The notes below the pieces were generated by a model that was not told where the DNA came from, made no database searches, and worked only from the letters and a program-made list of their open reading frames with translations. Both the position numbers and the translations under genes were made by a program. Shown in pieces: positions 26,786-36,648 of a stretch of 52,216 nt of DNA (its first letter is position 1; each line of letters begins with the position of its first letter). Source of the stretch: a virus (Duplodnaviria > Caudoviricetes); the IMG/VR virus record IMGVR_UViG_3300003177_000008, positions 1-52,216 of that record. One strand, 5' to 3'.

Positions 26786-27031
26786 CTACTTATAAAACGA
26801 TACAGTATCGTTAGCAACTTCAGTCTCATAACACTCAATCATATCTTCAAGAGTAAACTCTGTAGCCACCATTGATAAAGTATCTCTATGATCTACTAAC
26901 AATGCGCCTGTAGAATCTTCCAACTGGTATGAATATTCACGTCCTAGTTTTGGATTAGGGTTTGGGCATTTACTTTTTATCAAGGTAAGCTCCGGGTTTT
27001 GCTCAAGTGTCAATCTAGTTTCTCTTTTCAT
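26786..27031 (-). CDS. hypothetical early protein
   Basis: Early promoter cassette and SD upstream. Confidence 0.7.
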   Translation of the reverse strand: MKRETRLTLEQNPELTLIKSKCPNPNPKLGREYSYQLEDSTGALLVDHRDTLSMVATEFTLEDMIECYETEVANDTVSFYK

Positions 27032-27123
27032 CTTTTTATCCTCTTTCTCTTTATATACTATATTATAACATAAAATACCTTAAATCTTGATTAAATATAA
27101 ATAAAAAAAAAAGGAATATACAT

Positions 27124-27825
27124 ATGTTTAAAAAATTATTCACGGAAGCTAAACTAAAGCCTCTTGACACCCCTCTGACAGATACAGAACAGAAGAAATT
27201 AAAATCATTAAGAAATATGATAAGTACACACAAAAGATTAAGACCGAGCGCATTGGATCTTTTACAAAACTTAGAAGATAGGGAAAATATAAAGCCCGCA
27301 GAACCTCTTAAATTTGAGTTAATGTCTCTTACCCAAATTAAAAAAACAGGCAACTCCATGAGCGCGCTTAAGGGCGTTTATTATGGTGCTACAGATGGAC
27401 ATTATGCTAAGCAATATTTAAAATATGCAGAAAAAAATCAGAAACTTAGTGCTGATGATATAAAAGAATTTACATTGATGTATAAACCCCAAATGCAAAG
27501 AATGGTAAAATCAAAAGCATTCAAAACTCTTTTAATAAATATTATAAAATCCCAAGCGGAGGAAAATAATTATTGGAGTGATGTACCTAATCAAATTAAA
27601 ACATGGGTATATAACATTTTAGCAAAATCTGATATTAAAGATCTTATTAGTATAGATCCTTGGAAATTATATCAAGACATAGAAGTGAATAACAGCGAAG
27701 AAGGATGGACATCGAGACAAGGCGCTTCAATGACTACTAAAAAAGCGGAGGTTACTTTTAGCATAGGAAACAAAGAGTACAGAGAAGACTTTCATTTAGA
27801 TACTTCAGGATATTGGAACGATTAA
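27124..27825 (+). CDS. putative internal head protein
   Basis: TATAAATA at 27096; N-terminus MFKKLFTEA. Confidence 0.65.
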   Translation: MFKKLFTEAKLKPLDTPLTDTEQKKLKSLRNMISTHKRLRPSALDLLQNLEDRENIKPAEPLKFELMSLTQIKKTGNSMSALKGVYYGATDGHYAKQYLKYAEKNQKLSADDIKEFTLMYKPQMQRMVKSKAFKTLLINIIKSQAEENNYWSDVPNQIKTWVYNILAKSDIKDLISIDPWKLYQDIEVNNSEEGWTSRQGASMTTKKAEVTFSIGNKEYREDFHLDTSGYWND

Positions 27826-27838
27826 GTTCCAATATTTT

Positions 27839-28939
27839 TTATAAACTATCCCATTCATCTTCTGACATCTCAGAAACCATACCTATTTTATAATCTGTAA
27901 TTTCAACTTCCTGTGGAAGGACCTCTTCTCTACCCTGGCCTAACCATTGGTCCATCCAGGGTAACGGATTTTGGGCTACATTTTCAAACATTTTAGGTTC
28001 TCTAATCGCTCGTAGTCTTGTGTTCACAATATATTTCATATATTTTTCAAGTATCTCAGCGTTTAACCCTATAATAGAGCCTTCTTCAAAAAGATATTGT
28101 GCCCATTCAATCTCATTCATAGCTGCATCATAGAACATCTCACGTACATCATCTTTGCAATCTGATATAACTTCTAAAAAACCTTCTTCTTTATCTTTCT
28201 TTAAGATATTAATTAGTTTTTGTGTTACCTGGAGATGAATTAACTCATCCCTAGCAATTAATTTAAGTTCTTGAGCATTACCTGTCATTTTTTGGTTTTC
28301 TGCGAAAGCAAAAGTACATGCAAACGATACGAAAAATCTCACACCTTCGATAATATTCCAAGCTATTAATGCCATCCATGCATATGTTTTCATATCTTTT
28401 AGAGTAGGCCTAGCAGGATCAGATTTTGGTAACGCCTCCCATTTTGCTAATGCAATGTAAAACTTTTCATACGCTTCAGTAATTTTACCTGTATGTTTTT
28501 TAATAATCACATCATCACCAATTTCATCGAAAACTTTTGACGGATCCGGATAAACGTTTCTCAAAATATATGAGTAACTGTCAGAATGATTAACCTCTTG
28601 ACCTTGAAGTTTAGTTATTGCTGCTTCTAACGCAGAATTAGTAGTAATTCTTCCAAAAGTTAATAAGGGGCTTCTCCCTTGGATAGTATCAAGTACCATC
28701 TGTCTTTTTATATTTAATTCAGATATTCTAGATTCACTAGTTTCTAACGCTTTAAAGTCAGCTACATCTTTTTCGAGGGATATCTCTTGAGGTTTCCAAA
28801 AGTTTTCATCCATTTTTTCAGCATATTCATAAAATATCTTATGTTTCATTACATCATATCGTTGTAACCCTCGTCCCGAACCGAAAAATATAGGTTCACG
28901 CATAATATCTATTTTTATATTTTCGTCATAAATTTTCAT
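27839..28939 (-). CDS. nrdB: class Ia ribonucleotide reductase beta subunit
   Basis: LDTIQG, EVNHSDSY, EGVRFF, RDELIH. Confidence 0.95.
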   Translation of the reverse strand: MKIYDENIKIDIMREPIFFGSGRGLQRYDVMKHKIFYEYAEKMDENFWKPQEISLEKDVADFKALETSESRISELNIKRQMVLDTIQGRSPLLTFGRITTNSALEAAITKLQGQEVNHSDSYSYILRNVYPDPSKVFDEIGDDVIIKKHTGKITEAYEKFYIALAKWEALPKSDPARPTLKDMKTYAWMALIAWNIIEGVRFFVSFACTFAFAENQKMTGNAQELKLIARDELIHLQVTQKLINILKKDKEEGFLEVISDCKDDVREMFYDAAMNEIEWAQYLFEEGSIIGLNAEILEKYMKYIVNTRLRAIREPKMFENVAQNPLPWMDQWLGQGREEVLPQEVEITDYKIGMVSEMSEDEWDSL

Positions 28940-29441
28940 TTTTTTCCTTCAAATTTAATATCTTTTTAATATCTTTTATATCATTAATCTCTTTATAATC
29001 AAAATCTTCTAATATATTTAATATTATATCATCAATTTCTTTAGATTCACTTAAATTTTGTTGCCTACCATACTTTTGATATCTAAAATTTCCTCTTTTT
29101 ATAAAAAAGTTTATATTATTATATGAGTTAAATACGGTATCTACTAATGGGTTAAATGTTTTAGGATCTACCGATTTATTATAAATTTTAGAAAACAACA
29201 AAGGACTGTCAACGATTACATAATCTACCTTATTTTGTAACCTAAATAATCTGTGATGTTGTTCAGCAAAAACTAAAAGTTGATCTCTCAGTTTAACATT
29301 TTCATCTGCGTATACAAGATCTTTTGCAAATTCAGTAGATAATTCTACTTTATAATGAAGCTTTTTCATCATCGTAAAGAGTTCTGAGGCAAGGGTAGAT
29401 TTTCCACTACCAGGACCTCCAAATAAATTGATTACCATCAT
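28926..29441 (-). CDS. P-loop kinase/ATPase (AAA_28-like)
   Basis: GGPGSGKST, VDSPL. Confidence 0.75.
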   Translation of the reverse strand: MMVINLFGGPGSGKSTLASELFTMMKKLHYKVELSTEFAKDLVYADENVKLRDQLLVFAEQHHRLFRLQNKVDYVIVDSPLLFSKIYNKSVDPKTFNPLVDTVFNSYNNINFFIKRGNFRYQKYGRQQNLSESKEIDDIILNILEDFDYKEINDIKDIKKILNLKEKNENL

Positions 29442-31669
29442 ACTTTACAGCCTCCTCCCTCACAATCATCTTCAAGATCACTATCAGTTTTATTTATTGT
29501 ATCAATAAACGTACTATAATATGTTGTTTTTAATCCTGCTTTATACGCCGCAATAATAGTTTTAATCATTGTTTTGTTTGGAAATTTCATTTTTCCATCT
29601 TTTGGATCTTTGATAAAATCTTTTTCCGGTGTCCAGTACACGTTAGTGCTGATACCTTGATCAATATACAATTGAATTTTACCTAACATTTTAATATACG
29701 CAATATTATCCAGTTCTGTTGCTAGCGTATAATAAGAGGCTCCTTTACTAAAGTTGGGTACTATCTGTTTAGCGTTGCCTACTTTAGATTTTTTAGTAAC
29801 TATCAAATCTCTAGGCATATCAATCCCGGATGTACTATTAGATACATCTGATGAAGTACCTGCTGGGGGAATTGCGCTTAGTGTTAAGTTTCTTAGACCA
29901 TATTTTATGATGTCTTTTCGAAGTTGTTCCCATTCTTCTTTAGGAATAAATCTCCATTTACCATCATTAGGTAACCATCCATCAGCATATTTTGATTTTT
30001 CTCTAAACCACTTAGCTTCACCTTTTTCTTGAGCTAGTTTACACGAAGCTTTTAATAAGTTAAACTGTAAGTGTTCAGCGAATTCTTCTGCTAAATCTAG
30101 GGCCTCTTGGGTGTTATATCTTACTTTTTTCTTTGTTAAATAATGTACCCAATCTGAAATACCAATTCCCAAATATCTCGCGTTCACCGTAGGATTCTCT
30201 GCTGCCGGTATAGGATACTGCTGGATATCTATAATATTATCTAAAAAATATACTAAATTTTCCGTAATTCTAGGAAGTTCCTCTAATTTAACTCTACCAG
30301 CGTTTACATTACTGAGAATACAAAGAGCTACCTGTCCATCTTCTGTCCCATATAAGTCGGTCATCGGTTCTGTAGGTAAAAGAATTTCTAAACATAAATT
30401 TGACATTTTAATAACATCTTTTAAAGGACCTTTATTAATCAAATCTAAAAATATCGGGTAGTATCTACCTGTTTCAAATCTTTCTTTAGCAAATAATTCT
30501 AAAAGTTTTCTTGCTGAAAACTTACGTTTTCTAATCCCTCTTTTCTTTTCATAATCTAAATATGTTTTCTCCCAAAGATTATAGTTATCTAAATTACGGA
30601 TAAGATCTGGTGTTTCTTCAGCACTAAACAATGTTATATCTTCATTATTTTTTACCCGTTCAAAAAATAATCTATTAAATCCAATACCGTAATCTAATTT
30701 TTTAACTGAATTTTCAGGTGTACTTTTATTGGATTTTAAAGTAAGAACCTTGTCAATTTCCCAATTCCAGAACATATGAAAGCTCGTAGCTGAACCACCC
30801 CTAGACCCCTGAGAAGCCCATTTAACGGCGGATTCATGCCATCTGAGAATAGACACAACTCCGTTATGAAGTATTCTTCCATTTTTGACAGATGCGTTAA
30901 TACCTCTAATTGAACCGTTAAAAATACCAATACCTGCAGCGTTTGTGGTCATTAAAGAACACGCGCCATTTGCTGCAATTAATGATCTTGTTGTATCTCC
31001 ACCGTCAATGAGACAACAAGATGCATATGATGTACTCATAGTTCTTAACCCGGACATAATAGGACTAGGTAGTGATTCTTTAAAAGTACTTAGGTCATCA
31101 TAAAATTCTAAGATTCTTTTAACTCTATCTTCTCTGTTTTTAAATGCCACCATTGGAACTAACATAAACAACTCTTGAGGTGTTTCAAGCATTCGTTTAT
31201 CTTTAATTTTAACAATAAATTTATCTATAGTGGTTCTCAGCCCTATATATGTGAAATCTAAATCTCTCTGATATTTTATTTTAGAATTAAAAAAATTGAT
31301 TTCATCTTCAGTATAATACTCTAAAATATTTTCATAATGCCCTGATGCAATATTTTTCTTTACAGTTTCTAGCAATGGTTTAGGATCGTATTGACTCCAA
31401 ACTTCTTTTCTCAGTTCCATGATAAGACTTCGTGCTGCGGCGTATTGATAATTAGGTGATCTCAATGAAATAAGATCTGCCGTTGCTTTAGTAGTAGCTC
31501 TATGAATATCTGCAGTTTTAATACCATCATAAAAATTAGGTCTAGCAGCTAATTCTATTTCAGAAACACTACAACCAGATAATCCCTCTATCGTCCAATT
31601 AACCATTTTATGATACTTTTCAATATCTAATGGTTCTCTTTTACCTTTTCTTTTTGTTACATTAATCAA
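29438..31669 (-). CDS. nrdA: class Ia ribonucleotide reductase alpha subunit with ATP cone
   Basis: VTKRKG, SCCL, SNLCLE, C-terminal CEGGGC. Confidence 0.95.
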   Translation of the reverse strand: MINVTKRKGKREPLDIEKYHKMVNWTIEGLSGCSVSEIELAARPNFYDGIKTADIHRATTKATADLISLRSPNYQYAAARSLIMELRKEVWSQYDPKPLLETVKKNIASGHYENILEYYTEDEINFFNSKIKYQRDLDFTYIGLRTTIDKFIVKIKDKRMLETPQELFMLVPMVAFKNREDRVKRILEFYDDLSTFKESLPSPIMSGLRTMSTSYASCCLIDGGDTTRSLIAANGACSLMTTNAAGIGIFNGSIRGINASVKNGRILHNGVVSILRWHESAVKWASQGSRGGSATSFHMFWNWEIDKVLTLKSNKSTPENSVKKLDYGIGFNRLFFERVKNNEDITLFSAEETPDLIRNLDNYNLWEKTYLDYEKKRGIRKRKFSARKLLELFAKERFETGRYYPIFLDLINKGPLKDVIKMSNLCLEILLPTEPMTDLYGTEDGQVALCILSNVNAGRVKLEELPRITENLVYFLDNIIDIQQYPIPAAENPTVNARYLGIGISDWVHYLTKKKVRYNTQEALDLAEEFAEHLQFNLLKASCKLAQEKGEAKWFREKSKYADGWLPNDGKWRFIPKEEWEQLRKDIIKYGLRNLTLSAIPPAGTSSDVSNSTSGIDMPRDLIVTKKSKVGNAKQIVPNFSKGASYYTLATELDNIAYIKMLGKIQLYIDQGISTNVYWTPEKDFIKDPKDGKMKFPNKTMIKTIIAAYKAGLKTTYYSTFIDTINKTDSDLEDDCEGGGCKV

Positions 31670-31680
31670 TTAAATTCTCC

Positions 31681-32448
31681 TTATACACCAGGTTTGTCAT
31701 TCCATGCTCTAATATGTAATCTATCGGAATAATTAAATCCTAACTCAACACATTTTTCCATAACAAATCGACAATTCTCATCTACTTCTGATTTATTTTC
31801 ACCCATAGGCATTAGATATACATTAGCAAATACAGGAATACCTCTTAAAATTTCTTTAATTTCTTTCCAGTCTGAATTCCACGTATCTTTAGATACTACA
31901 AACTTTAAATAACTTTCTGGACAATGTTCAAGAATATTAGTAATATTTTCTATATTTACTCTTTTATGTTCAGGCTCACCTGAGTTAGAAAGCTTTACAG
32001 ACATAGAAAACATAATATCTTCTTGATATTTTCTAGTAAATTCAATATCTAAAGATGCATTTGATTCAATAGTAACCTTGTGACCTCTAGATATATAGTG
32101 AGATAAAACTCTTTGAATTACATCTTCCTTCCAATGAATTAGTGGTTCTCCACCTGTCAAAACAATATCAGGTTTTAGAAGGTTTTCTTTAGATAGATTC
32201 GGCATAGTATTATCTATTCTATTAACTAGATCTAGGTAGTCTACATAATAATCCCATGAATCTTTAAATTTAGTAGATACAGCTCTAATACTATCGCAGC
32301 CCTTAATTATATCTCCATCCGGTGATTTTAAAGAACATCCAAAACCCTCACACTTAAAATTACACAATCCTGTTCTTACAAATACTGAAGGTACGATTCT
32401 TTTACCTTCTCCTTGTATAGAATAGAATGTTTCTACAATTGGTACCAT
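31681..32448 (-). CDS. queE: 7-carboxy-7-deazaguanine synthase (radical SAM)
   Basis: ETFYSIQGEG, CNFKC..CDS, LTGGEP, RLH. Confidence 0.9.
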   Translation of the reverse strand: MVPIVETFYSIQGEGKRIVPSVFVRTGLCNFKCEGFGCSLKSPDGDIIKGCDSIRAVSTKFKDSWDYYVDYLDLVNRIDNTMPNLSKENLLKPDIVLTGGEPLIHWKEDVIQRVLSHYISRGHKVTIESNASLDIEFTRKYQEDIMFSMSVKLSNSGEPEHKRVNIENITNILEHCPESYLKFVVSKDTWNSDWKEIKEILRGIPVFANVYLMPMGENKSEVDENCRFVMEKCVELGFNYSDRLHIRAWNDKPGV

Positions 32449-32495
32449 ATTTTATTCCTCTTTTTTAATTATATAATAACTTTATTAAATTATGT

Positions 32496-32846
32496 TTATG
32501 AATTACTAGTTCTAGTTTTTAAATAGCTAGGAATATTATTAATAGCATCGATTACTTTAGCTATATTATAGACCTCTTTTCTATCTATTCCTTCTTTATC
32601 TGCAATAAAATCTACAAAATCACCCTCAAAGTCTCTTGAATTAAATATAAATTCTCGTGATAGATTTGAAAATGTTTCAGATAGGGATTTTTGTATTGTT
32701 TCTTCCTCTAATCGTCTAGAGAAACTTCGAGCATCAATAGTCTCAAATGTAGCAGCTTTATATGCTCTATATTTAATATCTTTTATAATTTCGTAATTGC
32801 TACTAAATGTAGTATCTCTCTTGGGTAGCGTATCTTTATTATTCAT
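32496..32846 (-). CDS. hypothetical protein
   Basis: ORF with SD. Confidence 0.6.
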   Translation of the reverse strand: MNNKDTLPKRDTTFSSNYEIIKDIKYRAYKAATFETIDARSFSRRLEEETIQKSLSETFSNLSREFIFNSRDFEGDFVDFIADKEGIDRKEVYNIAKVIDAINNIPSYLKTRTSNS

Positions 32847-32903
32847 TTATAGTCCTTTCCTATTAGTTACTATATATTATAGTAGAAAGAACTTAAATGA
32901 TTT

Positions 32904-33215
32904 TTAAAGGGAGTCGTTAATGCGCTGAATATTATTATTAAGGTCTTCTATAATTTTTTTAAGCATTTTAGGTTCAAAACAATCCACCTCAATATGTTTA
33001 GATCCACTTTCACCACCTCTAAATTCTCCATTGATAGTGATACCACGCTTTCTTCTATCTATGAGTGGTTTAAATTCAGATATTTCAATAAATTCTGCAA
33101 TTGCAGACTTAATTCTATTGACACAAGTACCTTCACGTAAGTCATTATATTTAGATAAAATATTATCTATAAGTTTATCTAATCTAGATTCTTTTAGGTA
33201 TGTTTTAAATTTCAT
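32904..33215 (-). CDS. putative internal head protein
   Basis: N-terminus MKFKTYLKES. Confidence 0.6.
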   Translation of the reverse strand: MKFKTYLKESRLDKLIDNILSKYNDLREGTCVNRIKSAIAEFIEISEFKPLIDRRKRGITINGEFRGGESGSKHIEVDCFEPKMLKKIIEDLNNNIQRINDSL

Positions 33216-33224
33216 GTTTCTTCC

Positions 33225-33974
33225 TTATATTATATAGTATTTAATGTTATTTTCTTTCAAAAAGTCTAAAACTTTCTCACAAATTATTTCTAAACTATCT
33301 ATATCAGAATAATTCTTGATAGTTATTTTATTAAATTTTTTGATTTTCGTAAAATCTTTAATTTTTTCCTCAAATATATTAGGATCTTTTCTAAATATTT
33401 CTATACAAATATTATCTATACATATATTTACGTCAGTATCTTGAAAGAATATAGTTTCTAGCTCTTGAATTTCGTATAATGTTCTCTTAAGAGTACTCGA
33501 TGTTGAATTTACTATACTAGAGAAGAGAATACTTTTATCTAAATTATCGTCTATATTATTTATCTTCTCTTCAAGTAAATTATAAACCTTCTCATGAGTA
33601 TCTATCCAAAAATTAATAAATTCTAACTCTTTACCTTTAAAATTCTCTCTCAATAATTCCTCATAATATCTTTTACGTTCTCTAGCAAGATCTATTATTT
33701 TAGATTTAATTTCTATTATATTATTTTTTTCATCACATAGTAGAAGTTGTTCAATCTCATTTATCCAATCATACCATATATCATATTTTAATAACATTAT
33801 ATCTTTAGAAACAGTAGAAAATTCGAAATTTGTATTACTGTACATCTGCTTTAATATAAACGCCTGTTGAATCTTAAATAAACTAATATCTTCACTAGAT
33901 TGGATTCTAAATTTTATATTATTATGAATAAACTTTCTAGGATGAAAGTAGTTATTTAATTCTTCTTGTCTCAT
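33225..33974 (-). CDS. hypothetical protein in the lysis operon
   Basis: ORF track; ATGA overlap. Confidence 0.6.
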   Translation of the reverse strand: MRQEELNNYFHPRKFIHNNIKFRIQSSEDISLFKIQQAFILKQMYSNTNFEFSTVSKDIMLLKYDIWYDWINEIEQLLLCDEKNNIIEIKSKIIDLARERKRYYEELLRENFKGKELEFINFWIDTHEKVYNLLEEKINNIDDNLDKSILFSSIVNSTSSTLKRTLYEIQELETIFFQDTDVNICIDNICIEIFRKDPNIFEEKIKDFTKIKKFNKITIKNYSDIDSLEIICEKVLDFLKENNIKYYII

Positions 33975-34351
33975 TTTATAGCACCTTTGACACTTAAAAA
34001 CATCATGGTCTCAACTTTAGACGAGATTTGATTTAAGTCTTTCATTAGATTATTAATTTTATCATGAAAATCTTTTTCACTATTTTTAGCATCTTGTTCA
34101 ATCTCACTAATATCTGTTCTTAACTCTTTTAATAATTCTTTTATAGATAATATATTGTCTATAATTTCTTTAGTTTTAATATCCATATGATTTTTATTTT
34201 CTTGAAAGCTAGTAGCATCAGGAATTGAGTTTAAAAATGGTTTTACTCTTTTATAGTAGAATGTAAGTACCGCTACAGTAAGAATCGATATAGAAACATC
34301 TCCATAATGTACTTTTAAAAAGGATAAAATTGAACCTAGAATTATCTCCAC
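33971..34351 (-). CDS. membrane protein with coiled coil (holin-like)
   Basis: One TM segment plus coiled coil; lysis context. Confidence 0.5.
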   Translation of the reverse strand: MEIILGSILSFLKVHYGDVSISILTVAVLTFYYKRVKPFLNSIPDATSFQENKNHMDIKTKEIIDNILSIKELLKELRTDISEIEQDAKNSEKDFHDKINNLMKDLNQISSKVETMMFLSVKGAIK

Positions 34352-34353
34352 AC

Positions 34354-34590
34354 CTAACCTTTAAATGATTTAATTATATCTGATATTTTATCAAGAGAGT
34401 TTATTCCGAATGTAATAATAATTAGAGCTGCAATAAGTGCATATGTAATTATTTGAACATATCCTATTCCAAGAGGAATTACAAAAGCATATACAAATAT
34501 ACCAATAATAACAAGAACTATTAATCTAGTAAATACTCTATGTTTATCTAAAATATCTACAGGTTTTTTCTTTTCTATATTATTTTCCAT
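34354..34590 (-). CDS. 2-TM holin-like protein
   Basis: Two TM segments; lysis context. Confidence 0.55.
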   Translation of the reverse strand: MENNIEKKKPVDILDKHRVFTRLIVLVIIGIFVYAFVIPLGIGYVQIITYALIAALIIITFGINSLDKISDIIKSFKG

Positions 34591-34861
34591 CTAAGTTCTC
34601 TTCACACCAGTTTTTATATAGAATCCAATTATTCTTAAGAATGATAGCGTCATTCTTTGGGATTAATATATAATTCTTATTATTTATATTAGTAAAATAT
34701 ATATTATATTTTTCAAACCTAGGCTTTTTAGTAATAGGAGGTCTAGGTATTTCTACATACTTGATCTTTACAGTAGGCTTACACTCATCCTGACTACAGC
34801 CCTGAAATATACTACTTACCAATAGTAGAAACAGAATCGTATAAATTTTTGAATTCTTCAT
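34580..34861 (-). CDS. o-spanin-like lipoprotein
   Basis: Signal peptide with FQGC lipobox, Pro-rich; overlaps i-spanin. Confidence 0.7.
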   Translation of the reverse strand: MKNSKIYTILFLLLVSSIFQGCSQDECKPTVKIKYVEIPRPPITKKPRFEKYNIYFTNINNKNYILIPKNDAIILKNNWILYKNWCEENLDGK

Positions 34862-35276
34862 CTTTTATATCCTTTCCTTCAATTATAGGAATTTTACAAT
34901 CTTTAATCTTGATAATTTTAGATGGTTTAGTATCTAATTTCTTTTTAAGCAGATGGATATCCTTTCGAAGAGATGATATAATTTCATCTCTAGAGTCTAT
35001 CTGTTTTTTATATATAGACTCTACTTCACTATATCTACTCTTAATAATACTAAGTTCTTTAATATTATTAGCATTAGCATCCTTACAATTATCTCTATCT
35101 ATCTTAACTTTTTCTATTCTTAAATTTAGAATATTTACATCTTTCTTAAGAGACGATATTCTAAAAGTATCATATGTTATCACTGATAGAACCGCAACTA
35201 TTAGAAGAGTCTTTATATTAAAAAGTTTAGAAAAGTTAAAGCTAGATAAAAAACTAAATATAGATAGAAATCCCAT
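34812..35276 (-). CDS. i-spanin-like protein
   Basis: N-terminal TM segment plus long coiled coil. Confidence 0.7.
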   Translation of the reverse strand: MGFLSIFSFLSSFNFSKLFNIKTLLIVAVLSVITYDTFRISSLKKDVNILNLRIEKVKIDRDNCKDANANNIKELSIIKSRYSEVESIYKKQIDSRDEIISSLRKDIHLLKKKLDTKPSKIIKIKDCKIPIIEGKDIKDEEFKNLYDSVSTIGK

Positions 35277-35278
35277 AG

Positions 35279-35692
35279 TTAAGCCTTAAATTTTAAAAGT
35301 TCTGTTCTGCTTCTAGTATCTAAGTGTACCCAAGTAATATCTATTTCTAATCCCTTAATATATGGATATACATCCGGATTATCTATAATATCCTGACGAA
35401 CCTCATCTGGAGTATATTTACTAAATACTATATCTACCGCTCTTCCCCACGAATGCATACTAGAGTATGAATAATATGGACTATCAGGAGTACGAATTCC
35501 ACTCCAGTTTCTATTACCATTCCATAGCCAATTATTAATAGTTGCAGTACCTTCAGGAAATCTCTCTTTAATAGTATCTATAGATTCTATTAATTGAGGA
35601 TCTAGAAAATCCCAACATTTATCTCCATATTTTTTAAAAAGTTCTCGAGGAACTAGTTCCTCAATTTTAAAGTGTTTTGATTTTAAATACAT
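35279..35692 (-). CDS. peptidase M15 family endolysin
   Basis: SGIR, SMHSWGRAVD, WVHLD. Confidence 0.8.
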   Translation of the reverse strand: MYLKSKHFKIEELVPRELFKKYGDKCWDFLDPQLIESIDTIKERFPEGTATINNWLWNGNRNWSGIRTPDSPYYSYSSMHSWGRAVDIVFSKYTPDEVRQDIIDNPDVYPYIKGLEIDITWVHLDTRSRTELLKFKA

Positions 35693-35706
35693 TTCTTCTC
35701 CTTATT

Positions 35707-36591
35707 TTATCCACTAAACATTCCGAGTGCTTCTGAATATCTATTTAATAAATCTTCATCTAATTTTTCTAAAATCGTTTCAGATTCCGACTTCATATCG
35801 GCATAATTAATCTCTGCTCCACCTACTAATGCCTGGGAATATTTTCCTGTTATAGTACCCCATAAATATTTAGTCTTATTAAGAGCATATTCTTTAATCC
35901 ATGGATGATTATATATTTCATCATATTCGGGATTAGGAACATATTCTACAGCTGCCTCTACTAGGAAAGGTCCTGTTACGTTCTCAAATATTCTTAATAT
36001 TTTACTATTACTGTTAAATTCAAAGTTTACACCTACTCCAAATAAAGATTGAAGAGTATCTCTTTGAGATATTGTAACATAAGCATCTACTGCATTATCT
36101 AAAGTACTTCCTGTAGCCAAGCCTCCCGCTATACCACCTGAAATGCCTCCCGCTATACCATTAGCACCTTCTAGACTAGAAACCTCTCCTTGCATAGTAA
36201 TATGAGGAACATATCCTATACCTACCGTACCCCAACCGGGTCCTAGATTAATACCTCCAGCTCCAGGCTGATTAACACTTCCTAAACTATTAGCAAAAGA
36301 GATTGATTGAATTGCTTGTACCCTATAATCTAGAAGATAATCTTGTATATCTTCCTTTCCCTCTATTATAAATGATACAGTTCTCTCTCCTCCATATGCA
36401 TAATCTGAAAATTTACGTATAGTTTCATCTATTACCAATGCTATCTGATCATTAGACACGTCTACCGTTATCATCGGTTCACCTAACATAGTTCGAATAT
36501 AATTAATTAGTTTATCTTCACTATCTATTCTTCGAGATCTTTGCTTAGTATTAACAATATCTGGTTGATTTCTACCTTGCATACTACTCAT
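35707..36591 (-). CDS. gp13: neck protein
   Basis: LINYIRTMLGEP.ITVDV..DQI; WIKEYAL..WG...GKY. Confidence 0.85.
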   Translation of the reverse strand: MSSMQGRNQPDIVNTKQRSRRIDSEDKLINYIRTMLGEPMITVDVSNDQIALVIDETIRKFSDYAYGGERTVSFIIEGKEDIQDYLLDYRVQAIQSISFANSLGSVNQPGAGGINLGPGWGTVGIGYVPHITMQGEVSSLEGANGIAGGISGGIAGGLATGSTLDNAVDAYVTISQRDTLQSLFGVGVNFEFNSNSKILRIFENVTGPFLVEAAVEYVPNPEYDEIYNHPWIKEYALNKTKYLWGTITGKYSQALVGGAEINYADMKSESETILEKLDEDLLNRYSEALGMFSG

Positions 36592-36615
36592 TTTATACCT
36601 TATGTTTATTTACAA

Positions 36616-36629
36616 TATTTATATAAATA
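36616..36629. promoter_or_regulatory. overlapping divergent T4-type late promoters (TATTTATATAAATA)
   Basis: TATAAATA on both strands; further copies at 38164, 39859, 40687, 43734 and 45707. Confidence 0.8.
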
Positions 36630-36648
36630 AATTAAAAATGGAGCTTTT